Shown in pieces: positions 9,858 through 24,339 of a stretch of DNA of 64,000 nt. Under the pieces are notes generated by a model. The model ran no database searches and was not told the origin of the DNA. It was given only the letters and a program-made list of their open reading frames with translations. Position 1 is the first letter of the stretch. Each line of letters opens with the position of its first letter. Where the stretch lies: the NCBI GenBank assembly GCA_963712745.1, contig CAVQJC010000006.1:192001-256000 (forward strand). Direction: 5' to 3'. Made by a program: the position numbers and the translations under genes. Origin of the DNA: an uncultured Chloroflexia bacterium (GTDB taxonomy: Bacteria > Chloroflexota > Limnocylindria > Limnocylindrales > CSP1-4).

Positions 9858-10736
9858 TCACTGCAGGTCGATCCCTGCCAAGTAGTCGCGGAACTCGCCC
9901 CCGATGTCGTCGCGGTCGATCGCGAGCTGGACGGACGCCTTGAGCCAGCCCATCGTGGTGCCCGCGTCATGGCGCGTGCCCTCGAAGGCGTAGGAGAAGA
10001 CCTCCTGTTCGTCCATCAGGGCCCTGATCGCATCCGTCAGCTGGATCTCGCCGCCGGCTCCGGCCTGCGTCTGCTCCAGCTTCTCGAAGATCTTGGGCGT
10101 GAGCACGTAGCGGCCGATGATGGCCTTGTTGCTGGGGGCTTCGGCGGCAGGCGGCTTCTCGACCAGGCCGCGGATGCGGTTCAGGCGCACGTCCGGGTCC
10201 GACCACTCGGGATCGATGTCGACTATGCCATAGCGCTCGGTCTCCTCGTGGGGCACGGGCATGACCGCCAGCGTGGAGCCGCCGGTGTGCTGGTAGGACT
10301 CGATGAGCTGGCCGATGCAGGAACGCTCGGCTTGCACCACATCATCGGAGAGGATGACCGCGAACGGCTCGTGACCCACGAGCTCCTTGGCCATCAGCAC
10401 TGCGTGGCCAAGGCCGAGCTGCTCCTTCTGGCGCACGTAGCTGACCTGGGCCATGTCCCCGATCTGGCGAACCCTGCGCAGCATCTCGATGTCACCCTTG
10501 GTCTCGAGCAGGTGCTCGAGTTCGAAGCTGTGGTCGAAATGGTCCTCGATGGCCCGCTTCTGGCTGCTGGTAACGATGATGACCTGCTCGACCCCAGCGG
10601 CCACGGCCTCTTCGACCGCGTACTGGATGACCGGCTTGTCCACCAGCGGCAGCATCTCCTTGGGCTGCGCCTTGGTGGCCGGAAGGAACCGAGTCCCCCA
10701 GCCCGCGGCCGGGAACACTGCCTTGCGAACGCGCAT
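9858..10736 (-). CDS. galU: UTP--glucose-1-phosphate uridylyltransferase
   Basis: MRVRKAVFPAAGWGTRFLPATKAQPKEMLPLVDKP, LGLGHAV, VEKP and GEIQLTDA motifs. Confidence 0.97.
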   Translation of the reverse strand: MRVRKAVFPAAGWGTRFLPATKAQPKEMLPLVDKPVIQYAVEEAVAAGVEQVIIVTSSQKRAIEDHFDHSFELEHLLETKGDIEMLRRVRQIGDMAQVSYVRQKEQLGLGHAVLMAKELVGHEPFAVILSDDVVQAERSCIGQLIESYQHTGGSTLAVMPVPHEETERYGIVDIDPEWSDPDVRLNRIRGLVEKPPAAEAPSNKAIIGRYVLTPKIFEKLEQTQAGAGGEIQLTDAIRALMDEQEVFSYAFEGTRHDAGTTMGWLKASVQLAIDRDDIGGEFRDYLAGIDLQ

Positions 10737-10848
10737 CGATCCTCCATGCGAGTGCCGGGTGTCGGCCCGGTCTTGGTGGCCGGCGCGGGTGTCTCCGACG
10801 CGAGTAGCCCGAGTGTAGCGCGGCGGCGCCGACGACTCAGGCCGCGAC

Positions 10849-11817
10849 CTACTCCGCGACCGGCTGCCCTGGAGGTCCGGGGCGATGGACCGGCGCGAGT
10901 TGAACGAGGCTTGCGCCGACCAGCACGAGCACGCCGCCGGCCAACTGGATGAACGTGGGCTGCTCGGCCAGCAGGAGCATGGCCAGGAGGGCACCAGTGA
11001 CCGGTTCTGCCAGCATGAGCACGGCACCTCGAGTCGGTCCCACCCGACGATATCCGGCGATGATGAGCACGGCCGGGATGGCGGCCCCGACGATGCCGGC
11101 GGTGAGGATGAGCAGCCACGCTTCCGCCGAGCCGACCGGCTCAAGGATGGTGGAGCCCTGCCCCAGCACGAGCAGCAGCGGGACCAACAGGACCCCGTAG
11201 ATGGCCACCGAGAAGAGACGCACCAGCGCAGCCGACTGCAGCGGCGGAACCGAGCTGAAGCCGCCAGCGCCGACCAGAGCGAAGCCCGTCTGGCACAGCG
11301 ACGCGATCAGCGCCAGGCCGACGCCGAGAGGGTCGATGTCACCGGCCCCACTCGACCCGGGACCCGCCAGCAGCAGCACCAGGCCCAGCCCCGAGAGGCC
11401 GATGGCGGCGAGCTTGCGCAGCCCGAGGTGCTCGCCGAACACGGGCACGGCCCCGATGGCGACCCACACCGGGAAGGTGTAGAACACGATCAGGGCCGCG
11501 GCGACAGTGGTGCGTTCGAAAGCGAAGAAGAGCGACAACGTGGTGCCCGCCACGAAGGCACCCATGGCTGCCAGCTGAAGCCACTGGTGGCGGGGTATGG
11601 CCGAGAGACGGGTGCTCGGCACCCGGCGGATTGCGGCGCCGGCGAGCAGGACGACCAGAAGCGCGACCACCGACGATACGGCACGCCAGAGCGCGAAGCT
11701 GACGGCCGTGAACCCGGCATCAGAGGCGAATCGGGCCAGCGGGCCAAGGGTGCCGAAGCCGATCGCGGCGATGACGATGAAGGCGACCCCCAGCGGGTCG
11801 ATGCGGTCGCGGTTCAG
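10849..11817 (-). CDS. EamA/DMT family transporter
   Basis: About 10 TM with the EamA pattern (GFGTLGPLARF, FYTFPVWV, GEHLG, AEPVTGALLA). The start is uncertain (a CTG overlapping the upstream TGA). Confidence 0.8.
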   Translation of the reverse strand: MNRDRIDPLGVAFIVIAAIGFGTLGPLARFASDAGFTAVSFALWRAVSSVVALLVVLLAGAAIRRVPSTRLSAIPRHQWLQLAAMGAFVAGTTLSLFFAFERTTVAAALIVFYTFPVWVAIGAVPVFGEHLGLRKLAAIGLSGLGLVLLLAGPGSSGAGDIDPLGVGLALIASLCQTGFALVGAGGFSSVPPLQSAALVRLFSVAIYGVLLVPLLLVLGQGSTILEPVGSAEAWLLILTAGIVGAAIPAVLIIAGYRRVGPTRGAVLMLAEPVTGALLAMLLLAEQPTFIQLAGGVLVLVGASLVQLAPVHRPGPPGQPVAE

Positions 11818-12876
11818 GTCTCGGTCGCTTCCTGTGCCTCGGTCCGGCGGCCCCGCAACACGATGGACGTGAACGGCACCCGGATCTCGCCGAATGTCTC
11901 GGTCGAGACGAGGAACCCGGCCAGCAGGAAGATGACCGGCGAGGAGCTTGCCCAGCTGGAACCACTCGGTGGATCCGAAGCGGTTGAGGCTATCGGTCAC
12001 CGCGGGGATGAAGGCACCGATGGCGATGAGCAGCGTAGCCGGCACTCGGCTGTTGATGTTGCCTGTGAGCAGGGCCTTGAGCGCGCCCGGTAGCGAGCCC
12101 ACGAAGTTGACCACGATGGCCACGGGCGAGATCAGCAGATTGAAGAGGAACTGCTCGCCGGGCTGGCCTGGGTCAAGGGAGTAGTCGAGGACGCGGCGCT
12201 TGGGCATGAAGACGTACGCTGAGAAGACGGCACCCAGGATGAGCGCGAAGGCACCGGTGATGTTCATGAAAGGCGTCAGCAGCCGCAGCTCCGGGGGCAA
12301 GATCTCCGCCGTGGGAACGCCTGTCTCGGGGTCCAGCGAATAGCCCGGATCAGGCAGGGCCGCCATGAACATGAAGACGATCGAGAGGAAGGTGGCGCCG
12401 CCGACCGCCAGCAGCGCCATCCACGGCCAGCGCCAATTCTGGAAGTACGTCTCCACCGAGACGGCCAGGGCGAGCACCGCAGCCACGAGGAAGTAGAGCA
12501 TCGCGGTGGTGCTGGCGTCGGCATAGATCTCCGGGTTGCGCCGCGCGGTCAGGAAGGTGAAGAGGCCGGCGAAGAAGAGACACAGTGCGAACGCGAAGCC
12601 GAAGCGTGTGCGCCCCAGGAGGAAGGCGTTGCCGAGGCCCAGCCAGCCGGCTGTCCAGACGGCTCCGGTGAGATACCAGACGCGGTAGATGGGCTCGTTC
12701 CAGCCAGCCGCCGCGGCGATGGCCTCGCAGGCCACGGCGATCCCGAAGAACAGGATGCCCAGCGCCCAGATGGCCTGGTAGGCGCGTCGTCGGGTCCGCC
12801 ACTGGTCGAGCAGCAGGACGAAGAAGACGGCCGCCAGGACAGCGGTGATCGCGGGTATGAAGACGTTGGCGTCCAT
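11814..12876 (-). CDS. Multi-pass membrane hypothetical protein (single-base frameshift near 11937)
   Basis: Hydrophobic ORF starting MDANVFIP. Removing one base near 11937 restores ...KLLAVIFLLAGFLVSTETFGEIRVPFTSIVLRGRR...* ending at 11814. Confidence 0.7.
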
Positions 12877-12899
12877 GGAGCCCCCGGCGAGGTCGGCCG

Positions 12900-13244
12900 T
12901 CAGGCCGGTTCGAACTCGTGATCCTCGCGATGGTTGGCGTCACACAGGCCCCAGGCCGGAGGATCGACGGGCAGCGGCGTGGGCCGCATCAGCTCTCGCA
13001 CCTCGGAGAGCCGGCAGATATAGTGGCCACGTCGCTGTGCCCAGGCGCGGAAGCACTCTGGGGCGGCGTGAAACTGGTGTGGGCCAGGGTTGAGAGGCGC
13101 GGTATCCGCCCAGCTGGGGGCAGCTTCGCGCGCCACGTTGTCGAGCAGCGATACGCGGAACGGCGTGCCCTCGATGGGCACGTTGCAGCCGTCGCAGCGC
13201 TTGGCGTCGTTCTCACTGAAGACGGTCGGGATCCGGATGCCCAT
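12900..13244 (-). CDS. Hypothetical protein with CxxC and His/Cys motifs
   Basis: MGIRIPTVF..RCDGC..HQFHAAPEC..YIC..GLCDANHREDH. Confidence 0.7.
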   Translation of the reverse strand: MGIRIPTVFSENDAKRCDGCNVPIEGTPFRVSLLDNVAREAAPSWADTAPLNPGPHQFHAAPECFRAWAQRRGHYICRLSEVRELMRPTPLPVDPPAWGLCDANHREDHEFEPA

Positions 13245-13413
13245 GATCCGGCCGCCGCGGAATCGGGTCGCGCTCACCGGCTGATCGTAGCAGAGCGCCC
13301 CGCACATCGAACCTCGAGCACTGGCGCCTGGATCTCGCACCGTCGCGGTCCCGCTACTCGGGCCCCTCGCCGATCCCCGGCTGAAGGCTTGCGCGGGGCC
13401 GTATCGTTCACCC

Positions 13414-13800
13414 ATGAGTGAACAGACGATGCCCCTCGGTGCCTTCTCCGTCAGCCTCGCCGTCAAGGACCTGGCGGCCTCGCGTGCGTTCTACGAGAAG
13501 CTCGGATTCCATGCCGTCTTCGGTGAGCCTGAGCAAGGCTGGCAGATCATGCGCAACGGGAGCACCACCATCGGGCTCTTCGCGGGCATGTTCGAACGCA
13601 ACATCCTGACCTTCAATCCCGGCTGGGATGCCGACGCCCAGCCGCTCGATTCGTACACGGACGTCAGGGAACTGCAGCGACGACTGGAGGCGGCGGGGGT
13701 CGAGTTCGAATCGAAGGCTGATGACTCGACGACCGGCCCAGCGTCATTCGCAGTGGTCGACCCGGACGGCAACACCATCCTCGTCGACCAGCACGTCTAG
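13414..13800 (+). CDS. VOC/glyoxalase family protein
   Basis: [19 protein letters not shown]...IGLF...NILTFNPGW...[13 protein letters not shown]. Confidence 0.92.
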   Translation: MSEQTMPLGAFSVSLAVKDLAASRAFYEKLGFHAVFGEPEQGWQIMRNGSTTIGLFAGMFERNILTFNPGWDADAQPLDSYTDVRELQRRLEAAGVEFESKADDSTTGPASFAVVDPDGNTILVDQHV

Positions 13801-13877
13801 CGCTCATCGGCCGGCCGACATCTGCCCGACCGCTCTCTGGCATCGTAGAAGCCGATCGCTCGCTAGGAGGCACGACG

Positions 13878-18139
<4,262 letters not shown>

Positions 18140-18141
18140 GG

Positions 18142-19836
18142 CTAGTTCGCGAAGGCCTCGGCGCGCTGGCGCCGGTACTGGACGATGGTGAAGATGAAGA
18201 TGAGCCCGAACAGGACCCAGGCGATGGCCGAGGCGTAGCCGAACTCGAAGTTCTGGAAGCCTGCGTTGTAGAGGTACATGACCGGGGTCAGGGTGGCGTT
18301 GTTGGGCCCGCCGCCGGTCAGGATGAAGGGCTCGGTGAAGAGCTGGAAGGCGAGGATGGTGGTGGTCGCGACGACGAAGAACGTCGTGGCCGAGACGGAC
18401 GGCAGCGTGATGTTGCGGAAGCGCTGCCAGCGGTTGGCCCCGTCGATCGTTGCCGCCTCGTATAGGTCGGCTGGGACCCCCTGCAGGCCCGCCAGGAAGA
18501 GGATCGAGTTGAAGCCGACAGTCGTCCAGGCGAAGACGACGGCGATGATCGGGAGGGCTGTGACCGGGTCGTTGAGCCAGGCGATCTTGGGGTCTTCGAT
18601 GCTGAGGCCCAATGTCGAGTTGATGAACCCGATGACACTGGTGATGCCGTAGTTGACCCAGCCCACGCTCTGGTCCAGGAGCTGCTGCCAGATGATGGCG
18701 ATGCCCACGATGCCGGCAACGCTGGGGATGAAGTAGACGGCCCGGAAGAAGCGGATGCCGCGGACGCGCGAGTTCAGCAGGGACGCCAGGAAGAGCGCCG
18801 GGATCACGGCCATGGGGATGGCGATGAGGCAGAAGACGAGGATGTTGCGCAGCGCGATCCAGAAGAGCCTGTCCTGGGCCGCGATGACGACCGAGCCGAT
18901 GCGGAGGACCTCGCTGTAACCCTGCTCCAGGCCCGGTGCCAGAAGCACACTGGGGTCGTCGAGCACGACGAACTGGAGCGCGAGGATGTCGAGGTAGTTC
19001 TGGAGGCCCAGGAAGATCGGATCGCTGAAGGCGTCCCAGTCGGTCAAGCTCACGTAGAGGCTGAACAGAAGGGGGCCGGCGAAGAAGCCGAGGAAGCCGA
19101 GGAGGTTGGGCGAGATGAGCAGCACTCCATCGAGGACGTCGCTGTCCTTGAGCGTGGCGCCGAAGCGCGCCTTGCCCGCCTCGCCCCAGAGTGCCAGCAG
19201 GAAGGCCAAGATGACGCCGCTCGCCACGGCCAGCCCGAAGTGCAACGGATCGGCAAGTCCCGTGGCGAACTCGACGACGCCTCGCACCGCGTCGATGGCG
19301 AAGAGGAAGCCGACGCCCGCCACCACGAGCAGCCCGGTCCGAACAAGACCGAGTCCTCGCTTGAGAGTTGGGCGGGCACCGACCGCATCAGTGGCGTAGC
19401 CGAGCACGAACGCCACGAGCGCGAGCAGGAGCCACGGCAGCGAGGCCCCGAAGACGCCCGCGAGGTCATCCAACCCGACGAACACGCCCGACAGATGGAG
19501 CAGGAACAGGAAGACGGTCAGGAAGGCGAGGTAGTCGACGATGATGGCCAGGACGCGGCCGCGGGCGGTACGCCGGAGCGTGAGCAGCGTCGAGGCTCCA
19601 GCGGCCACGGTGAAGAGCAGCGGGACCGCCAGCGCGGCGATGAAGAGCGGCAGGGGCAGACCCCCGGGGTCCTGGAGCGCCAGCGCGACGAGAGCGATCG
19701 CGCCCAGCACGGTCAGGGTGCCCTGGAAGAGCGGGCTGACACGGACAAGCAGGCGCTCCACCTGCGCGCGCGGGCTAGCGGGTGCAGGCTGCGACTGCTG
19801 GGTCGTGGTCGGTGCTTCGACCGTGGTAGCAGACAT
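18142..19836 (-). CDS. Carbohydrate ABC transporter permease (MalF-type) with extra N-terminal TM region
   Basis: LAGLQGVPADLYEAATIDGANRWQRFRNITLP and FGYASAIAW. Confidence 0.93.
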   Translation of the reverse strand: MSATTVEAPTTTQQSQPAPASPRAQVERLLVRVSPLFQGTLTVLGAIALVALALQDPGGLPLPLFIAALAVPLLFTVAAGASTLLTLRRTARGRVLAIIVDYLAFLTVFLFLLHLSGVFVGLDDLAGVFGASLPWLLLALVAFVLGYATDAVGARPTLKRGLGLVRTGLLVVAGVGFLFAIDAVRGVVEFATGLADPLHFGLAVASGVILAFLLALWGEAGKARFGATLKDSDVLDGVLLISPNLLGFLGFFAGPLLFSLYVSLTDWDAFSDPIFLGLQNYLDILALQFVVLDDPSVLLAPGLEQGYSEVLRIGSVVIAAQDRLFWIALRNILVFCLIAIPMAVIPALFLASLLNSRVRGIRFFRAVYFIPSVAGIVGIAIIWQQLLDQSVGWVNYGITSVIGFINSTLGLSIEDPKIAWLNDPVTALPIIAVVFAWTTVGFNSILFLAGLQGVPADLYEAATIDGANRWQRFRNITLPSVSATTFFVVATTTILAFQLFTEPFILTGGGPNNATLTPVMYLYNAGFQNFEFGYASAIAWVLFGLIFIFTIVQYRRQRAEAFAN

Positions 19837-19888
19837 CTCGATAGCGTGTCGCCCGTGGCCGGGCGAGCGGGGCCTCCGCTCAGTCGAA

Positions 19889-19919
19889 CGCCCGGGCCAG
19901 CACGGGGCCGGCCCGGGCG
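19889..19919 (-). terminator. GC-rich hairpin between SBP and permease (mRNA stabiliser/attenuator)
   Basis: Inverted repeat CGCCCGGGCC...GGCCCGGGCG. Confidence 0.45.
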
Positions 19920-19936
19920 GCTAGCTCAGCTTCGGC

Positions 19937-21258
19937 TCAGTCGGAGAAACCTTCGGCGTCGGCTTCAGCGCAGATCGTGGCAGCGAACTCCTCGATCGTC
20001 GTCTCGCCGCTGGCCAGGCCATCGACGGCCGCGGTCATCACGGCGTCGAACTTCGGCCAGTTGCCCTCCCACAGCGGCCCCTCGGCGACGGCGCGGTTCG
20101 CGAGTCCATCAAGGAACGCCTGGTTGTTCTCCGGCGGGGTCAACGTCAGGAAGGTCTCGGCCACGTCGTCACCGACCCGGCTCGGGATGTTGGCACCCAG
20201 CTCGGCGACCATAGCCTGGATGTCCGGCTGTGTGAGCTCGTTGATGACCCGCCAGGCAGCCTCCGGGTTCTCGGTGTCCGCGTTGGCTGTGTAGGCACCC
20301 CAGAAGAGCCAGTTTCCGCCCGGGACAGGACCATCGGGAAGCGACACCACGTCCCAGTCGAAGTTGGCGTTGGCGCGGGCGCCGGGCGTGGCCCAGCGGC
20401 CGTTCATGAACATGCCGGTGTTGCCGGCCAGGAACGCCGGCTCGCCGTCCGAGTATTCCGCGAAGCCGTCGAGCCCCTGGTAGATGAGCTGGAGCTGCGT
20501 CAGGCCCTCGATGGCCTCGGGGGTGTCAAGGGCACAGGCGGTCCGGTCCTCGTTGAAGAAGCTGCCGCCGGCGGAGTTGATCCAGTACCCGTAGGGACCC
20601 CACCAGGGCGAGCCGGTACCGAAGCCGGTGATCTCGGGGCCGAGGACGCTGACAGCCTCGCCGACCTCGATGAACTTCTCCCAGGTCCACTCGCCGTTGG
20701 CGGCGAGCTCCCGGGGTATCCTCCGCGCCGGCCTCGAGGATGAGGTCGTTGTTGAGATACAGCGCGAAGGTGGAGACGTCACGGGGCAGGCCCCAGAGCG
20801 GCCCACCGGCCTCACCCGTCTCGGGATCGTAGGTGAGGTGGAACATCGGGCCGGGGTAGAAGGCATCGTCGCTGAAGCCCTCGGTCGCGTTCGCGAACTC
20901 GCGATTGTTCGCGATGATCCCACGGGTCGCGAAGTCAGCGATGTCAGTGCCCGGGATCCAGAAAACGTCGGGGGCCGTTCCTGACGCCGCCTCCGTCTTG
21001 AGGGTGTCCTGGTAGCCAGAGGTCTCGGTCCCGCCCGCCTGGTACTCGACGGTGATGCCATCGAGCCGCTCGGAGATGACGTCTGCGATGTCGCGGTAGA
21101 CGCCGGCCTCCGTGTCGTTGTCCGGGCGGGTCCGGAACGTCACGGTCACATCGTCTTGCGCGGCCACGGCGATAGACGAGCCCACGAGGGCTGCGGTCGC
21201 CAGCGCGGTGACCAGGATGGCCGTGCGCCGCGGGGCGCGAAGAATCAGGGAATGCCAT
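19937..21258 (-). CDS. Sugar ABC transporter substrate-binding protein (apparent frameshifts near 20717 and 21255)
   Basis: Two overlapping ORFs join into SGTAPDVFW...LPRDVSTFALYLNNDL..AGAEDPRELAANGEWTWE...MFMNGRW..FDWDV. An RBS GAGGAGG precedes the ATG at 21258. Confidence 0.88.
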
Positions 21259-21302
21259 GTGTTCCTCCTCCATGACTATGAAGGGCAGTCCAGCGGACTC
21301 CC

Positions 21303-21351
21303 AACCGGTTATCGAAGTCGGAGTCTGAGAATCCGGCAGCGGGCCTGTCAA
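21303..21351 (-). promoter_or_regulatory. Putative sigma70 promoter (-35 TTGACA) and LacI-type operator core AACCGGTT
   Basis: TGTCAA at 21346-21351 reads TTGACA on the minus strand, CAGACT lies 18 nt downstream, and the palindrome AACCGGTT is at 21303-21310. Confidence 0.5.
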
Positions 21352-21430
21352 CGACCCCGGTCCTCGGCGCCAGCCCCTCCCATATCGTTCGCTTCGATGG
21401 GTCCGATCTGGTGGGAGGCTCCAGGTCGGA

Positions 21431-21947
21431 TCAGCCCATGGTGACCGGATGAACGACGCCGTCCACGAACCAGGTGTCGTCCATGCCCAGGCCCACGACG
21501 GTGATGTCAAGCGTCGCGCATAGGCCTTCGTAGGCACCGTCCCCGAACAGCAGCGCGCGAACTCCGACCGGCTGGAAATCGTTCGGCCGGAAGCCCGTGA
21601 AGTCGCCGTGCCACGAGCCGTCGGCGCCCTCGATGGTGATGGAGCCCCAGGCTGGGATCGGCTGGTCACCGGATGACACCACATCCCAGTTCCAATCGGA
21701 GACCAGATCGCCTGCCATTCGCGGGTCACTGAAGCGGTGAGCCGACCCCGCCATGGCATAGTCGCGGTACTGGAAGACGCGGTCTTCCTCGTTGAATGTC
21801 CCGCCCGGGATCCAGTGCACGTCGACGGAGCCGGCGACCGGGCCGATGGCGTGGGTCGCTTCCGTCGTCGCGATGGCGACCGCAGAGGTTCCGCCCACAA
21901 GGGAGAGGATCGCGAAGGAGAGAGCGGCGATCCGCAGGGCGCGCATG
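21431..21947 (-). CDS. Secreted hypothetical protein carrying the 'DPR-xxG / GxGxYEG' beta-domain
   Basis: Signal peptide MRALRIAALSFAILSL, then SDPRMAG, GSWHGDFTG and GDGAYEGL. Homologous to domains at 24.7-25.1 kb and 31.9-32.2 kb. Confidence 0.75.
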
Positions 21948-22169
21948 TCAGGCCTCCTTGCCAACACACTGCGCGGGCCGGGTTCGCCAGTGGCTCGGTG
22001 CGACTCAGGCGGCCAACGTACGCGAGTCGCGCTTCCATGCCTCCCGTCAGACTGTCAAGCGTGCACTCGTGAAACCACCGGCAACAAGTGCCAGACGGGC
22101 TGAATCGCGCCAGTGCGCAGCACGTCCGGCCCCCCGGGTGGGCCGCTGGGAACGGTGCCACGACGGTGC

Positions 22170-22766
22170 TCAGTCGGTCAGCCCCACGATCATCGCGGTC
22201 ATCAACTCTGACGCAGCGGCGGGCCCAAGTCCGTTCGAGGCCAGGGACGCCCAGGTTCGGAAGTCCACGGCATGCCGTACCGCGATCTGCACGCGCTGGT
22301 CATCCGGTCGCGACCACGCCTCGACCAGGGCGGCATGCGTGTTCTCGAGTTGAGCACGGAGTAGCTCGCCCACGAATGGGGGCATGATCGCGACGTCACG
22401 GAACGAGTTGGACATCATCTGTTCGTTCTCGTCGTAGTAGCGATACAGATCGCCAAGTCCGCGCGCGAGTCGAGTGGCTGGATCAGGCTCGTCGCGCCAG
22501 TCCTCGGTCCGCGGCCACGGATGGCGCGCGAACCAATGGCTGGTACAGGCGCCGTACAGGGTCTCCTCGTCGGGGAAGTGCCGATAGACGGTCGAGCGCT
22601 GGACGCCGGCCTTGGACGCCACGCCTTTGATCGTCGTGTATCGCGGTCCGACTGAACCATGCAACTCCACTGTCGCTTCGACGATCCGCCGTCGGGTTCC
22701 CTCGAAGTCTTCGAGTCGCTTGCGCATGCGGTAGGGGCGAGCGGCGTGGCTGGCTTCGGAACTCAT
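22170..22766 (-). CDS. TetR/AcrR family transcriptional regulator
   Basis: TRRRIVEATVELH..TTIKGVASKAGVQRSTVYRHFPD helix-turn-helix. Confidence 0.93.
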   Translation of the reverse strand: MSSEASHAARPYRMRKRLEDFEGTRRRIVEATVELHGSVGPRYTTIKGVASKAGVQRSTVYRHFPDEETLYGACTSHWFARHPWPRTEDWRDEPDPATRLARGLGDLYRYYDENEQMMSNSFRDVAIMPPFVGELLRAQLENTHAALVEAWSRPDDQRVQIAVRHAVDFRTWASLASNGLGPAAASELMTAMIVGLTD

Positions 22767-22775
22767 GAATATGAT

Positions 22776-22896
22776 GATACACACATGTACCACCATCGTG
22801 CGTCAATAGGCATTCACAGAGGGAGTTCGGTCTCAGATTGTAGCGTACACCTATGTACGACCAATACTTGACAGCCCGACACGAGTGGCCTAGTCT
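22776..22896. promoter_or_regulatory. Two TACA-N4-TGTAC palindromes (candidate TetR operators) and a TTGACA-17-TAGTCT promoter
   Basis: GATACAcacaTGTACC at 22776-22791, CGTACAcctaTGTACG at 22844-22859, TTGACA at 22868-73 and TAGTCT at 22891-96. Confidence 0.6.
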
Positions 22897-23003
22897 CCTG
22901 TTCTGCAGGACACAGGTGTTCGATGAACTGTGCCGAGGCGCGGAAGACCCGACACACGGGTCTCATGCCCACTCACGAGATCAGCGGACGGAGGAGACCG
23001 GCA

Positions 23004-23447
23004 ATGACGACGACGATGGACACGAACAGGTCGCAGCCAGGCGGCTCGCAAGCGCTCTGGCACGCACAGGCTCCGGCCTATCGCATCGAGGGTGAGCTCC
23101 GCGAGGTCGTACCGGTGGGTGCCTTCGGGGACGCGATCCGCTTGCTGAGCCGGTGCGACGCCAAGGTCCTGACGGCCATGGCGGGGACTACGGGGCCCGC
23201 GGTCGGGCGTGTGTCACTTGATGTCAACGGGGTGGTCATGGCGCCTGATGGCTTCTCGATGCCGCTCCCGGCGGCTATCGCCACTCCCGGGTTCGAGTTC
23301 CCGGATCTCGACTTTCGACTGACGGGTACGGCATACATCCGTGCCGTCGAGCACGGGCTGGCGCAGCTCGAAGGCTCGACCGTGTCGATCGAGGGCTGGG
23401 TCAACTTCGAGTCGGGGGAGTTGGTGGTCGAGGCTCTTCCGTTGTGA
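23004..23447 (+). CDS. Hypothetical protein divergent from TetR
   Basis: ORF with a GGAGGAGA RBS downstream of the consensus promoter. Beta-rich, with no recognised family. Confidence 0.55.
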   Translation: MTTTMDTNRSQPGGSQALWHAQAPAYRIEGELREVVPVGAFGDAIRLLSRCDAKVLTAMAGTTGPAVGRVSLDVNGVVMAPDGFSMPLPAAIATPGFEFPDLDFRLTGTAYIRAVEHGLAQLEGSTVSIEGWVNFESGELVVEALPL

Positions 23448-23775
23448 GCGCCGGGCGCAAGCTGGGCACGAGCGCACCGCCTGGCCTTGCAGGTGACTGG
23501 CGACGCCGACCGATCACGGGGTGATCGACCCAAGCGAGCTCGCCTCCTGCGACTTCACACCTGGTAGCGTCGCGCCCGCCCTGCAGGCAGCGTGGCACCG
23601 TCGTGCGGCGCGCCTGACTTGGCTCGCCGCGCAGCCTCGCACGTGACCCTTTGAGCGCGTCTGTCCGAAATCGGAACCCTGGGTGCTTGGTGCCGATTCG
23701 TACCCTATAGAGGAACGACACAAGACCGCTCCTCCATGGTGGCCCAGGGCAGCTGTCCGAAGGGAAACAGGGGGT

Positions 23776-24339
23776 ATGGACGAAGAGCTCGTGCGAAGGG
23801 CACAGGGTGGAGATCCCGGCGCTTTTCGCACGCTGGCGATCGAGCACCACCCGCGCCTGTTCGCCGCCGCCTACGGCATCCTGCGCGATCGTGACCTGGC
23901 CCAGGATGCGACACAACGGGCGCTCGTCAACGTGTGGCGCCACATCCACGGCCTGAAGGAACCAGCCCGGTTCCAGGGCTGGTCGTATCGCATCCTGGTC
24001 CACGCCTGCTATGCCGAGGCCAAGGCAGTGCCGAAGCTGCTCGCCGATACCGACCAGCAGGCGGTCCGCGAGCCCGTGGCCAGCGATGAGATCAAGCGCA
24101 TCGACGATCGCGACCAGCTCGAGAGGGCGTTCCGGCGCCTGTCGCTCGAGCACCGGGCCGTCGTCGTGCTGCACCACCTCGCCGACATGCCCCTTGACGC
24201 GGTCGCTGAGGCGCTCGACCTGAAGGTCGGGACCGTCAAGTCACGGCTCAACCGCGCGATGGGAGAGCTGCGTGCGGCCATCGAGGCCGATGCACGGCCG
24301 ACGTCCACGTTGCCCCTCGGACGGGAGGTCGCGCCATGA
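23776..24339 (+). CDS. ECF sigma-70 factor (cassette 1)
   Basis: DEELVRRAQGGD..AF, LAQDATQRAL, RFQGWSYRILVH and region 4 VAEALDLKVGTVKSRLNRA. Confidence 0.93.
   Translation: MDEELVRRAQGGDPGAFRTLAIEHHPRLFAAAYGILRDRDLAQDATQRALVNVWRHIHGLKEPARFQGWSYRILVHACYAEAKAVPKLLADTDQQAVREPVASDEIKRIDDRDQLERAFRRLSLEHRAVVVLHHLADMPLDAVAEALDLKVGTVKSRLNRAMGELRAAIEADARPTSTLPLGREVAP

Noticed and set aside
10849-12876. 675-aa membrane protein/EamA fusion
   Set aside because: The junction is non-hydrophobic nonsense, and a one-base correction yields two normal adjacent genes.
23673-23702. ECF promoter GGAACC...CGTA upstream of cassette 1
   Set aside because: The spacer is about 20 nt, longer than the usual 16-17.
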